Shown here one piece after another: positions 35,271 through 47,343 of a stretch of DNA of 64,000 bases. The first letter of the stretch is position 1, and every line of letters starts with the position of its first letter. The stretch comes from Lama guanicoe. Taxonomy: Eukaryota. Location of the stretch: the NCBI GenBank assembly GCA_013239625.1, contig MU053216.1:744001-808000 (forward strand). Direction: 5' to 3'. The translations under genes and the position numbers were made by a program. The notes under the pieces were generated by a model. It was not told where the DNA came from. It saw only the letters and a program-made list of their open reading frames with translations, and searched no databases.

Positions 35271-37164
35271 TAGGAAAAATAAAACTGTACCCTGAGGTGC
35301 GACTTTCTAGTAGAGCAACTTAGGACTAAGAAGGTAAAAGCAGCCCCAGGGGATGGCTCTGCCGGGTTGGCCTGGTGCTCCTCACTCAGGACTGAACGGC
35401 CTTCCACGCGTCTGTCCCTTCGCCCCCTGCACCGCCATCCCCGCCTCTCCTCCCCTGCACCTCCACTCACTAAACTGGGCTTCCTTCCCTGCCGCTTCCC
35501 CAGACTGTCTGGCCAGGGCTGCCAAGGAGCTGCACGTTGCTAAATTCAATGAAGACTTTTTAGTCCTGTCTTTCCAGCCTCTCAGTTGAATTGAACAGTG
35601 TCAGTCACTCCTTGAAATTCTCCCTTTGTCAGCCTCAGTGACACTGGGGTCTCCCTGCCCCACCAGGATCCAGGCTCCCTCCTCCTCCCTGCCCACCTGG
35701 GGGCCCTGCCTGGGGGCCCTCACCCGGGGGCCTGCTGACTTACTGGAGTCCTCTCCCCGCTCCCCCGAGAGGTCACCCTCGGTACAGGGTAAGGGAAGTT
35801 GGATGGCAGGGCTGGCACACAGTGGGTTCTCAGTAAACCCTTGTCAAATGAATGAGTCAAAGGGTCATGTCAAAATATTTTCTCCAGGAAGGATATGGCT
35901 GAGAACACTGCCAGGTTCCAGGGCAGGAAAGAAGGCCCTATGGAAAGACAACAATTGCTAAAAGCTTTCACGACAGCTGTCTCCCCCGGGCGTTCCCTCA
36001 CTCACTCTCCCCTGCCTCGGGCATCTGCCTGCAAACTGGCAGACACCTACTCTGGCAAAGAGCTGAACTTCTTCAGCTCGGGCTTAGACAACCATACAGT
36101 CACCCCCTTCAGTTCAGCGACAACCCCTGCCATCTACCCACCAGAGGCCAACACTCACGTGGCCCTAATGCTTTTGGAAGGCCCTCCTTTGTGGAACTTG
36201 CCCAGGACAGCCTAAAAATAAAGGACCAAAGCAGAATTTGCAGGGAAGTCGTGTGTGACGCTGTCTGACCTCATAACGTGCACTTATCCCGGCCAACGCA
36301 GAGCACACAGCGCTTCGGTCAAACAGTGCCGCTTTGGAGGGACTGCTGGGGGAGCCCTGCGGAGGCCACACGTTACCCCAGTCTCTTCCCCTAACCAGGA
36401 CACTGGACAGGTTCTTCTTTACACAGACCTGAACCACCCTCCAACTCCAAATGTAAGGTCACTGAGTTTTCCCGTCATCCACTTCACGGTGGAATTTAAT
36501 TAAGTAGGGGCTTCTCCAGCCACCCAATTATGGGCTGAAACTTAAGCCGGGACAATTGCTTCTGCGTCCTCCACTTATGAATTACGCCACGTAGTTCGCC
36601 ATCAGTTCCGTCCTTCGGGACAGACTGCAGTGTTCACACCACAGTGGCTCCCGAAGAGGCAACTTTAAAAGCATTTACGCCATCGTCTTCTCCCTCTTCA
36701 TTTGGGAAGACAGTTTCGGGCAGGCAGCCAAGAGAACTTTCTTTGCCTGGGGGGATACGGGTTTCTAACGGTCCTCAGGTCCCGGACAGATCGAGATGCC
36801 ACACAAGGTATTCTTCATCCCAGCCTCCCTTCCCCTCAAAGAACAACCCGTACATTCTTCTCTAACATAAAGATTTCCAATAACAGCAGAAAACTAGCAG
36901 TTAATAATAGGTCCCAACATGCAAATTACAGTGGTCTCCAAAAATAGAGCTTCATGGGGGAAAATTTTGCCAGTTACCACTGTGAGGTGGATGCAGCAAA
37001 GGAACAGTGTCCTCACCCCACAGAAATCTGGATGTCCTCCCTCAGCTGGCAGACAGGGATTCTGAGCACAGTCCTCGGAGACGGTTCTGCGGAAACCACA
37101 CCGTGGCTTGTCCCTGCCTCCTCAGCAACCTTACGGTCGCACACCCGAGGTTTGTTCCCTCTGC

Positions 37165-37287
37165 ATTTCTTTTCTTTTTTCACTTTAGGGTCACTCGTGT
37201 ATTTATTTTTAGAGGAGGCGTCAGGGACTGAACCCAGGACCTCGTGTGTGCTGAGTGCGCCTCTACCCCCACGCTGCACCCCCCCCA
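37165..37287 (-). mobile_element. tRNA-derived SINE (vic-1-like)
   Basis: Antisense gggactgaacccaggacctcgtgtgtgctgagtgcgcctctacc with a T-rich tail. Confidence 0.8.
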
Positions 37288-40259
37288 CACTTCCGAGGAG
37301 CACGCGGGGCAAGGCCGTGCCATGGCCTGTTGCCTTCTCAGCGCTTCGGCTAAGGCGACGTCTGGGACCACACGTTATCTGTAGAGTTTTCTTTCTTGCC
37401 AGCTGACCCGTAAACGCGTTACACCCTGGAGACCCGGAGGGAGACGGCTTGCTCAGGATTTCAAAAGGAGAGCTCCCAGGAGGCCCCTAGGTTCCTTCAT
37501 TCTGAACCGCGCACCGCGCCCCGCCACCCGAGACTCTTTTTTTTATCAACTCTACCAAGAAACACTGGGCAGCACTGTCCAAAGAGATCCTGGCATTAAG
37601 AAAGCCCTGTGAACAGAACGCTGACTTGTCTCTAATCTAGGAGGGCTGCACTGTCACCACCGCCTGGGGCATCCGGGGTCCCGCCTTGGTGGGCACTGTC
37701 GTTTTGAGAGACCTCTTGCCTTCGGCCTTATCTCGAAATTAAGGGCCTTCTTATCTAGGAGTTGCTGAGTTCATGGGCTGCTTACTCTGGAAGCACCTTT
37801 GTTGAGGGCTCAGAAGGTTTTCGCGTCAGGGGGCAGGACGGCTGAATGCCGCATTGTGCACGGGGGTCAGAGGTCAGGGCCGAGAGACCCCGGCTAATGC
37901 CTTGCGAAAGACCTCGTTTTCATGGGTGAGGTTCCCAGGCCTGTGAACGCAGTCCGTCCCTCACCTCACAAAGCCCTGAACAAAGGGGAGGAGAAGAAAA
38001 GGGGGCTTAATTCTCAGCCAGCAAGCAGAAGTAGAGCTCTTGCTCCAGAGACATGGCTCGCAGGTGTCTGGGCGCCCCCGCATGACTTCTGCCCACATGA
38101 GGAGGAAGCGCGGATGGAGGGGGAACAACAGGGAACTGAGAAGATTTAAACTTCTCCAACCCTCACCTGCAAAGGCCAGGTATCCCACCGGCACCGACAC
38201 ATCCGCCGCGCTTTGCAAGCCCCGCCCCCCGCCATCCCCACCCGGAGCCGGCTGCGGCTTCCTGCAGCGATCCTGACCCCCGCCCCTCCTCGGGGAGGCC
38301 CTCCATCCCCTTGGCGGCCTCTCCACTGCGGGGCTCTGCTTCTCCTTCCACGAAGGGGAACCTGAGGCTGAGAGTTTCGCCCTGGGTCCGTAGCAAATTT
38401 TGGGGGGCTTCATCTCTTCACTTCAGCATCGAAAATGTACATTTTATACACAAAGCGTACACTTAGCGTGACGTCAGCCCGTCCCCGCCTCGCTGCTTAG
38501 CCTGTTCCTCCTACACCCCCCAGGTCACCCCCCAGGTCGGGAAGGAGGGCAGTCTTGTTATCTAAAGGTAACTATCTTAGGAAAAGATCAGCCTTGAGAA
38601 CACAGGAAATGACTGGCTGGAAGTTGCCCCGGGTGTCAACATGCTTCTCTGGGCAACCCCGAGATGGACTCTCTGTTCTGAGGCCTTCTGATCAGGCCGG
38701 GGCTTTAGCATAATCCTTAAAGAAGTCAGGAGGAGGACTAAAATTAAAAGAAGAGAAAGTTAATCAAAATCAAACCGGTTTTATTTCCGGGGAAGGTGCC
38801 TTCAGGCCACAGACAGGAACAAAAACACCCCGTTACTCCCGCCGGCGGGGCGCAGGCAGCACCAGGGCCCGCACCTCCAGAGGCCTCAGCAGTCCGCCTG
38901 CCTGTCTGGGACTGGGAAGCACAAGGCCCTCAGGGGCCCCCTCAGAGGGACAACCCCGGGGCATCGACCAAGCCTTAGGTTTGAGTAAACATATACTCAT
39001 CCGCTACCCCTGGAAGGACCTGGAAACAAACGGACAGAAGATGCGACCTGGGCACAAAAAACACATGCTCCAGCCTCCCTCGGGTGAGCTCAGCTCTGTC
39101 CCGCGGGGCCTGAAGAGACACAGAGAAGAACCAGCCTGGTAGCTGGCAAGCCCCCTTTTGAGACGGGGAAACCTCTGTGCTAACGTCTTTACCAGAAGCC
39201 CCCCATGTACAAAACAGGGAAATCGGGGCTGCTCTGGTTGAAGGGAGGCAGGAGCTGGGATCCACCTGCCCCGCCGCCAACGCCCCAGTCATCCAGGCGG
39301 ATGGGTGCCTGTCTCCGTTTAAGGATGTCCAGGGAGACCCTCCCTGAGCTACAGCCACCGGTAAATTCCTCGCAGAAAAGTCAGTCCTTGTTATGGAGCA
39401 GCCCCCAGAAGGTCACCCGTGCTGGTCAAGGGCCCGGAGCCAGCAGGGACATTTTCCACGTCCGCTGCCCACACCCACACCCACAGGTGCCTCCGGCGGC
39501 AGCGTCTTCAAAGCCGGACAAGAGCGAGCCTCACCACGCGGAGCAGCCTGGGCACAGCCCCTTCCCGAGCTTTGTCGCCTCCCCCAACCCTTTAAATCCT
39601 ACACCTGGCTCGGCCCCCGTCTTCCTAATAATTTGCCTTATCAGGCCCTCGAAGCCTCCAATGCAGGTTTTACAGAAACAGCCTCCTCTTCACACTCACA
39701 CTTCGTCCATGTGCATAATAATTAAACGCTGTCGTTTCAACCGCACAGACAGGTCTGGGAACAAGCAAGTCTCCGTGGGAGCAGGAGGGCCCCGGATCTG
39801 AGCCCAGAGCCGTCCCAGGAAGGTGTCACCGCCGCTCCACTGCCGCCCTTTCCCGTGTGCCGAATACTCCTCTGCTTCACTTCTGGCTTCTCAGCTAAAT
39901 GTAAGGATTTAGCAGGTGAGGATGGGGTGGGAATGAGGAAGTGAGACTGACAGAAATACAAATTCGAGTTGTTTCTGAGTCCCTGGGCTCCAATCACATG
40001 ACGGCGTTATTTCACGTGAACGGCATTATTTTACCGGTAGACCTGTCCGGGTTAGTCTGGGGTGACTCCCCAGCGCTTCCCCACCCCACGTCGGGGAGTT
40101 AAGGAGGTGGGGCTGAGAGGCTTCTCCAGAGCAGGCTGTCAGGTGCAGACCAGACGCTGAACCCGAGCCCTGACCTCCCTGGGGCCCCCCAGGCCACCCC
40201 GACACAGCACCATCTCTCCCGAGGGCTTCTGGATTCTTTGGGGGAATCAAAGCTGCTCT

Positions 40260-40357
40260 CATGCATGAGGTCCTGGGCTCAGTCCCTAGCACCTCCATTA
40301 AATAAATACATACACTTAACTACCCCTCTCCCCCCCAAAAACAGTTTTTAAAAAAAG
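40260..40357 (+). mobile_element. 5'-truncated vic-1-like SINE
   Basis: catgcatgaggtcctgggctcagtccctagcacctccattaaataaata plus tail. Confidence 0.75.
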
Positions 40358-40464
40358 ATCTTACTGAAAAAAAAAACCACTGTACACGTGCCGATCGTCT
40401 GGAGTCACAGTTTTGCTGGGGGTTTCCACACAGAGACGCAGAACAAACCACCTCACAGATGGTT

Positions 40465-40655
40465 TGCACATACACACTACTACGTACAGAACAGAAAACT
40501 ACAAGGCCCTGGTGTGCAGCACAGGGAGCTAGTCACTGTCCTGTAACAGCTGACAGTGGAAAGCAACATGAAAAGGAGCGTACGTGTAACTGAACCTCTG
40601 CTGAGCACAGAAATTAACTCGGCATCGAAAACCAACTGCGCTTCAGTTAAAAACC
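40465..40655 (+). mobile_element. L1 3' terminus fragment
   Basis: tacacactacta...gcagcacagggagcta...gtaactgaacctctgctg...aaccaactgcgcttcagttaaaaa. Confidence 0.75.
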
Positions 40656-42979
40656 AGGTGCCCAGGGCAGTGCCTGACGCACACGCGAGGTGTGTGCACG
40701 GGGTGGACGTCACCTCTGCAAACCGCAGGGGAAGCGGGTGCTGCTGCACGTGCCGCCTACACGTCCAAGTCAGAAGGGCCGCGGGAGGAGGCCTGCTAAC
40801 AGAGGGGCGAGGAGACCGATCAGTCAGCAACCCGCTCACTGTACCTCGAAGGTGATCCTAAACCCGTCGGAAGTGCTAAGAACAGCGGTCTTTGCGGGTT
40901 TCCTCACAGAGCCAGCTCCGCGGGAAAGGGCGAGTCCCAAGTCCTCCCCGATCTCAGCTCAGCGCTCGCCTGAAGGGCTAAGTCGTTAAGCGCGAATCCC
41001 ACGTACTGGGGCGCCCACTCCTGTGGGGCGCTGCGGGAAGTCCGAGTTCCGGAAGGACGCGCCAAGGAGCGGCAGGTGCGGACACCTAGCCTGGAAACTA
41101 CAAAGACGTTTACCTGGAACGTGTGAGAAAGAAGCGTGAATGGGAGGAACAGTGCAACTCGCGAGGGAACGCTGCTCAATGCGGGAAACAGAAGGCGCAG
41201 CACAGATGCCCAGCACGTGGAGGCACACCACCGCGACGCCAGCCAGCCAGGGCTCCGGGGGACGCGCCCCAGGCGCGAGGCAGCCACTCCCAGCGCTTCA
41301 CCACCCCGCGCTGGGGAGCTAAGAAGCAGGCTTTAGGGTGTGAGCGCGGTCCCCGTGGGCGGGGCTCAGGTGCCAGCCCTGCCACACAGCAATAAATCCC
41401 GAGTACGTTTCCCTTTTGGCCTCGGAGCCATAATTCTACCCACCGACAGGAACACTACGTCTATTTTAAACCTGTTAAAACTTATTTTTAAAACCACACA
41501 GTGGATAGATCACAGGATTAAAACCCAGCAGTCTGGTAGAGGCTTACAGAAGAATTTACAATAAGCCATGGGAGAGTGTTCCAAGCCTGAAAACTAACAC
41601 CTTCACTGGCACACAACGCGCACACACGCGCGCACGCAGGCGGTAGCACGTGTGCCCAGACAGCCTTCCGAGCGGGGCCGAGCGGGGCACCAGAGGCAAG
41701 GGGAATGTGCCGTGGTTCCAGCTCTCACGTCACCCACTGATCCCACGCCCTGTAAATTCCTTTCAAGATGCACAGGCCCCCACCGTCTCCCCCCTCCCTC
41801 CAAACACACCCCCCAAACGCAGCCCTGTGCCCTGGGTGCACAGCTCCTGTGCTTCTGACCCGCCTGATTCCTGCTCCCAGCTGTCCTCGCTCTCAGTGTC
41901 AGAAGTCAACACGCCACTGCCTGTCACCAGCTGACCCCTCCGCTGCGTGGACTGAAGTCAGGTGCCCGCTGCTGTGCCCGGCACAGTTCTTGGCAAGTCG
42001 CAGATGAGTCATCCACATGTGCTGGGGGGGAACCACTGCCTGCCCCACTGCTTGCATCCTGTGCAGCACCTGGCCCAGCCTAAGCGCTGGTGGGACGCGG
42101 TGCAGAATAGGCGTGGCACATCCAAGTCTGTGCTGCTGCAGGACCTCATGGCCGGGTCCTGTGAGCTGTTTGTTGTCACTGTTGAAAGGCCACTACGAAG
42201 TTCCACGTACACAGCACTGAGGAGCCCCTGCCCAAGTCACAGTGAGCAGTAGTAACCAAGGCAGGAATTCCGCGCCCAGCTTGAGCCCCAGCAGGGCAGG
42301 CGGTCCAGGGCCTCCCTCTGCTCTCCGCTGTGGAGTAACCCCCTTGCTGCCCAGGGGCACCTGCAGCAGGACACTAAGGAGGGACACAGATTAGACCCCT
42401 ATCTGCTCCAGCCTCGGCAAGCGCACGGGTGACGCGAACCATTTCCTGACTCTGCTGCCAGGACTGCGCCAGCGGGTGGGGGTGGCGGGGCTGTGACCTC
42501 CCTGCCTTCTCAGTACTTCTCCCCATTTGGTGTCTTCGTGGACAGAGGCTTCCTATGTCCAGAATGTCCAGGAACTTAGCATTTCTGGGAAAGCCCTGCA
42601 GCAGCTCCAGGAAGGTAGACTGAGAATGACTTCCCCGCACTGCAGCTCGCCACGTGGTAGCATCAGCTGACTGTGCGTTAAGGGCCAGGGCGAGGGCGGT
42701 CGGCCGCTGGCCACAAACTTAACGTGAGAAGACACTGGAAGCCAGCTCCAGAGGAAACAAGCCAGTGGTGCCTCCGATCAAAGGCTCTCAGACAGGATTC
42801 CTGGTGGGGCCGAGCTGGGACGAATGTATTCAGTTGTCTGGCTCAGAGGATTCTGTCTTAGACAAGGAGTCTGTGTGATGGAAGACGCCACAGTGAAGGC
42901 AGATCTGGGCAGAGAAGCAGGAGACGCAAAACCGAGGAAATCCCCTCCTCAAAGGAGCTCCTGTTCCTCTGGAAACTCC

Positions 42980-43330
42980 ATTTGAGCTTCAAGGCCCAAG
43001 GAAAATGGCACTTTCTCTGTGAAGCCCTCCCTGACCACTCCAAGTGCAGCCCTGCCCTGCTGGCCTGCAGGCACCGCACGTCTGAGCCGGTACCAGTCAC
43101 CTGCACCCTGCGCCTCCTCCACCAGACCACAGCCTCCTGCACAACTCCCTCAGATTTTTCTCGATGGGAAACAACGTACGTATGTGTCTGCCGACTTCTG
43201 CCTGCCTGCTTTCACTGTCTGAGCTCCCCCAGGGCAGGACGGTGTGAGTCTTGCTGGGAGCCACTGTGCCCAGTTCCCAGCACTGCCTGCAGCTGGGAGG
43301 CACTCACCACCGCTTGCTGAATAAACGAAC
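42980..43330 (+). mobile_element. L2 LINE 3' fragment
   Basis: ctctgtgaagccctccctgacc...gagctcccccagggcagga...cttgctgaataaacgaa. Confidence 0.65.
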
Positions 43331-43661
43331 AAGGAGTGGGCGTCGGCTCCTCAGGGGCCTGCTCTGCTCCTCCCGCACCCTGCGCGGCGGCGGGCACGGG
43401 TCATCACACGGCAAAGGCTGGAGGAACGAGGCTTGGGGTTTTTAATGATTAAGGTTTTGAGTGGTCTACTCTTACGTAAACTGCCATCGAAAACAAGATG
43501 TAAAAATATGCTGCCCTAATTAGCACGAAATTTGGATGGAATATAAATCTGAAGACGGATAATTAAGAATTTAAGTAAAAACCAAAGATACATTCAAAGC
43601 TGGGGACCTGTGTGGTCTTCATTAGGGTCCCAGCAAGATGGAAGCGAACGGTGCCAAGGGA

Positions 43662-43680
43662 GAGCGCCCTCTGGAGACCC
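43662..43680 (-). promoter_or_regulatory. Candidate CTCF core site
   Basis: Minus strand reads GGGTCTCCAGAGGGCGCTC. Confidence 0.45.
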
Positions 43681-44069
43681 CTGGGAGGACCGGCTGCCTG
43701 GGCGGGCCTCAGCCGCGCACCGCCCGCCCGGGACTCTGACTCACAAGTGGAAAGCCGTCTGCTCTTCACACGCCTCCCAGCGAGGGGGCCGGTCCGGAGT
43801 TCGAGGACACTGAGGCCAGAGGATAAGCAACCAAGGTGACAAACCACATCGGCTGTGAGTCTGGGCTCCGAGGCAGGTCCAGCCCACTCCCAGTCCAGCG
43901 CTCTTCCCAAGACGCCCTCAAGGGGTCCGGGCCAGCCCAGACCTCTGTCCAGACCCCCGTGAGGCCTCAGCACGCTCTGCTGCCACGTCCCCAGCGTGGA
44001 CCCCCCTCTGGGCCAGAAGCAGTGCCAAAGGGAGCGGTGCCTGCAGGTTGGCTTTAGCATCAGACAGGC

Positions 44070-44225
44070 CCCCTGCTGTGACCTCAGGCACGTGCACCAC
44101 GCCTCCCTGTGCCTCAGTTTCTCCACCCATGAAATGGAATAAGATGTGCCCTCCCCGCTCCATGTGGCTGTCACGGGGATGAAACGGGCAGGTGTTTACA
44201 ACGCACTCAGCACAGGACTGTCCTG
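44070..44225 (+). mobile_element. MIR SINE fragment
   Basis: gctgtgacctcaggca...ctgtgcctcagtttctccacccatgaaatgg. Confidence 0.75.
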
Positions 44226-46812
44226 GAGCATCACATTACCAGGAGAAAGGTGACTGGCCCAGTTGGACCCTGGCTGCTGCCACACTGGCCTTCCTGGCTA
44301 CGATGCTCCCTGCCCTGCCCTGCCCTCCCTCCGCCTGGCCTCCCAAGCAGAGGGCAGGGCTCCACGGGAAGACGTTCAGCAGCAAGTCTGGTGTGCCTGT
44401 GGTGTGCACGTCCAGCCCCACAAAACCCTCCAGCCAGAAGCAGCCGCTGGCTCTACTGTCCTGAGGCATTCTGTCCCCTCACAGGGGCTGACTCTGCGCC
44501 AGATCAGTGCCCTCTGCCCCAGAGGTCTCTGTGAGCAGGTCTTGTCCCCACAGGGCCCCCCGCTCCAGCTCAGGGCCCTTCCCAGGAGGGAGTCCCGGTG
44601 TGCTGAACAGGACAGATGCCTGCACTCCAGGCTTCCTGCCTGGAAGACACTGAAAGACTGTTTTCTGGGGCAGAAGAAGAGAAGGCTCTCTGGGAGAGAC
44701 CGTAACACTCAGGTTGTATAAGAAAGGTGACAGCCTCCCTGCCCCCGCCCCCAGTAGATGTAACAACCACAGGCATCTGGGGAGGAAGGGCCCAGGGATG
44801 ACCACAGTGTCCTCGGGCCGTCGGTCATGGAAACGCTGGAGGGCCGCCCAGCCATTCCCCCTGATGCTGCACATCCTCCCCTGGCTGCCTCCTCAGGAGC
44901 CCGAGCCGGCAGGGAAGGCAGCTCTTTGATCCCTGCTGGCCCCAATCAAACATCATTTACAAGTTAAGCTGTGAGCCATCCCCAGAGCAAGGGCCTGGGC
45001 TGAGCCCTCCCTCCGTGGATTAGAGCCGGGGTCATTAAATTTTACATTTGAACTCTGGCAATCCTTGGACTGGCCTCCACTTTACAACGTCCCCCCTCTC
45101 CTAACTCACCAGCCACAATCCCGCTGCAAGTTTGGGGCTTGAATGAGAAGGAAACCACGGGCCGAGCCAGCCCCGCCCCAGGCGGATGGCAGGCTGAGTA
45201 GCTGCGACGTGCCCTGGCACACCTGCTCAGAAGCCAGGCTCCGGCAAGACACCCAGTGAACACGCAGCAGCCGCGGCCCCAGGACAGGGAGCTAAGCTCA
45301 CGGCACACAGCCTTGGTCTCCTGGGCGGGGCAGGCAGAGCACCAGTTCTAGGAATGACCTAGGAAAGGCTGGTGTCCGAAGGAAGGAGGGAGGGGCCCAG
45401 GGATGGGGTGCTGGAGTCGCCCGAGAGATTTTCACGTCTTCCGCGGTGGGTGAGGCAAAGAACCGGCGTAAGAACTCTCCTGCACACCCTGTGTGGACCT
45501 GAAGCGGCGCCTCAGCCGGGGTGGCAGAGGGAGCCGTGCGGGAGGAGGTTATGAAGGGACCCTCCCCTCTGCCTTCTCCGAGCCAGGCACTCAGGACTCA
45601 GGGCTCAGCCCAGGATCTTACCAGAAGGAGGAATGCCCAGAGGTCCCTGAATAGACCTCTGTTCTACAGAATATTCTGTTCATGAACTGACTCCTCTTAC
45701 GACACCCCCAGTAGTCATCTTAGCCAAGTGACTCCAAGGGTCCCAAGTCACATTCTTACCGTGGTGGGGGTCAAAAAGCTAGAGGCCAGCGGGACTCTGC
45801 TTCCGAGGAGCTCCCAGTGCTGGAGATGCCCTCCCCTCCCAGGCCTTGCCCAATTCTTTGGCTCTGACCACGAGCCCTGAGACGGAGTGTTCGGACTTGC
45901 ACTGGGGCTCCGCTGGGGAGCACCTCACAGGGCAGTCAGGGATCCGGGCAGCCCAGGGCTGCGAGGCTGGGGGAGGGAGTGGTCACAGCAAGGGGCATCC
46001 GGCCTCCCATTCAGCTCCTAATCTCCAACTTCCTTCGGTCCCGCAGGTCGGCAGGGAGACGAGGGGAGGGAGTGTGTACCCCAGGGTGGAAGCTCCCGGG
46101 AAGGCCAGTGTCAGCCCTCTCTCTCAGGCTGCTGGAATTTCCGAATCCTCTCGGAAGCGTGGTTTCCAAGTCGGCTGGGAAGGTCCCAGGGCTGGTCCCT
46201 GTCCTCCAGGATGCCTCTCCCCAGATCACGGGCTCTCGAATTATCCCAGAGAAGGGCTCCAGGTTCCACTCCGCTCAGAGACATCCGGTCAGCTGTGGGC
46301 TGGCAAATTCACCCCGACCCCCACGCCAGGTCTCTGCCTACACCTCCCAGCACCTCCTTTCACACCGAGAGACCCCCAGACCTTGCGGGGCTAGGGGAAC
46401 CTAGCCGGGCCCCGGGGGGGCGGAAGCCTTCTCTCCTTCCACTCCCCAGACCCCCAAGACCCCGGCTCCCACAGCCCTGCAGGGAACCGGGGAAGTTCGG
46501 TCCAGTTGCGCTTCGTCCGGTCCCCGGGGACCCTACGCGTCCTGCCTTCCCTCCCTTCCCGAGACCCCTCCACACCCCCACCTCCAACCCCGGTGCCCAC
46601 AAGCCGAACGCTCGGAGCCAGAGACTCAGGTGGCGCTGCCGTCCTCCGTCCTCCGTCCTCCGCGTCGCAGACGCGAGGGGGGCCAAGACCCTCCCCCTTG
46701 CGCACCCCACACCCACCCCCGCGAGGCTGCGGTCGCGGTGGGGCTGGGGGCGGGAACGGGGCGACGACGCGCCCGCGGGACTGCGGCCCGGCGGCGGGCC
46801 CGGGGCGCTTAC

Positions 46813-46865
46813 CTGCGGGGGAAATTCGCCGTCCTCCCCGCCCTGGGCGGGGGCAGATGCAGCAT
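46813..46865 (-). CDS. NAV1: Coding part of alternative first exon (MLHLPPPRAGRTANFPR) of a short NAV1 isoform
   Basis: ATG at 46865 in context aggATGc, 17 codons plus AG, strong donor CAG|gtaagc. Phase 2 joins in frame to the 14937 exon (FPR-S-WDESS). Lies in a CpG island and resembles the human short-isoform N-terminus as I recall it. Confidence 0.85.
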
Positions 46866-47199
46866 CCTCCCCGGCGCAGGCGGCCGCCGGCCGGTGGGCA
46901 CCCAGCGCAGGACCGCCGCGCCCGCGCCGCCGACCCCGCGGAGGTCTGAGCGCGGCCACGCGGACGGCCGGGGACCCGGGACCGGCCCTCGCCCCTCCGC
47001 TCCCGCCTCTCCCCCGCCCGCTCGCACTCCCGGCTCCAGCTGCACTTAAAGCGACAGAGCCCCACTTCCCCGTCGCCGCCTCAGGTCCCGAGCCCCGGCT
47101 GCGAGCGGGCCCTTTAACGCCCGGAGCAGGTAGACAAAGAGCTGCCGCGGCGCGGCCGTTCCAGGACCGGGAGGTGCGACCCGGCCGGGGCCCCGACCT

Positions 47200-47343
47200 C
47201 CACCCGGGCGGCTGCGGGTCACAGCCCCCCATGCCGGCTGCGGGTCCTGAACCCCACCCCACCCCACGCCGGCGGCGGGTCACCTCCCCCGACGCCGGCT
47301 GCAGGTCACAACCCCCACCCCACGCCGGCTGCCGGTTGACCCC
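47200..47343. repeat. Degenerate tandem repeat (core CCCCACGCCGGCTGCGGGTCAC, about 5 copies) upstream of the alternative promoter
   Basis: Five recurrences of (c)ggc(t/g)gc(g/a/c)ggt with variable C-rich spacers. Confidence 0.8.
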
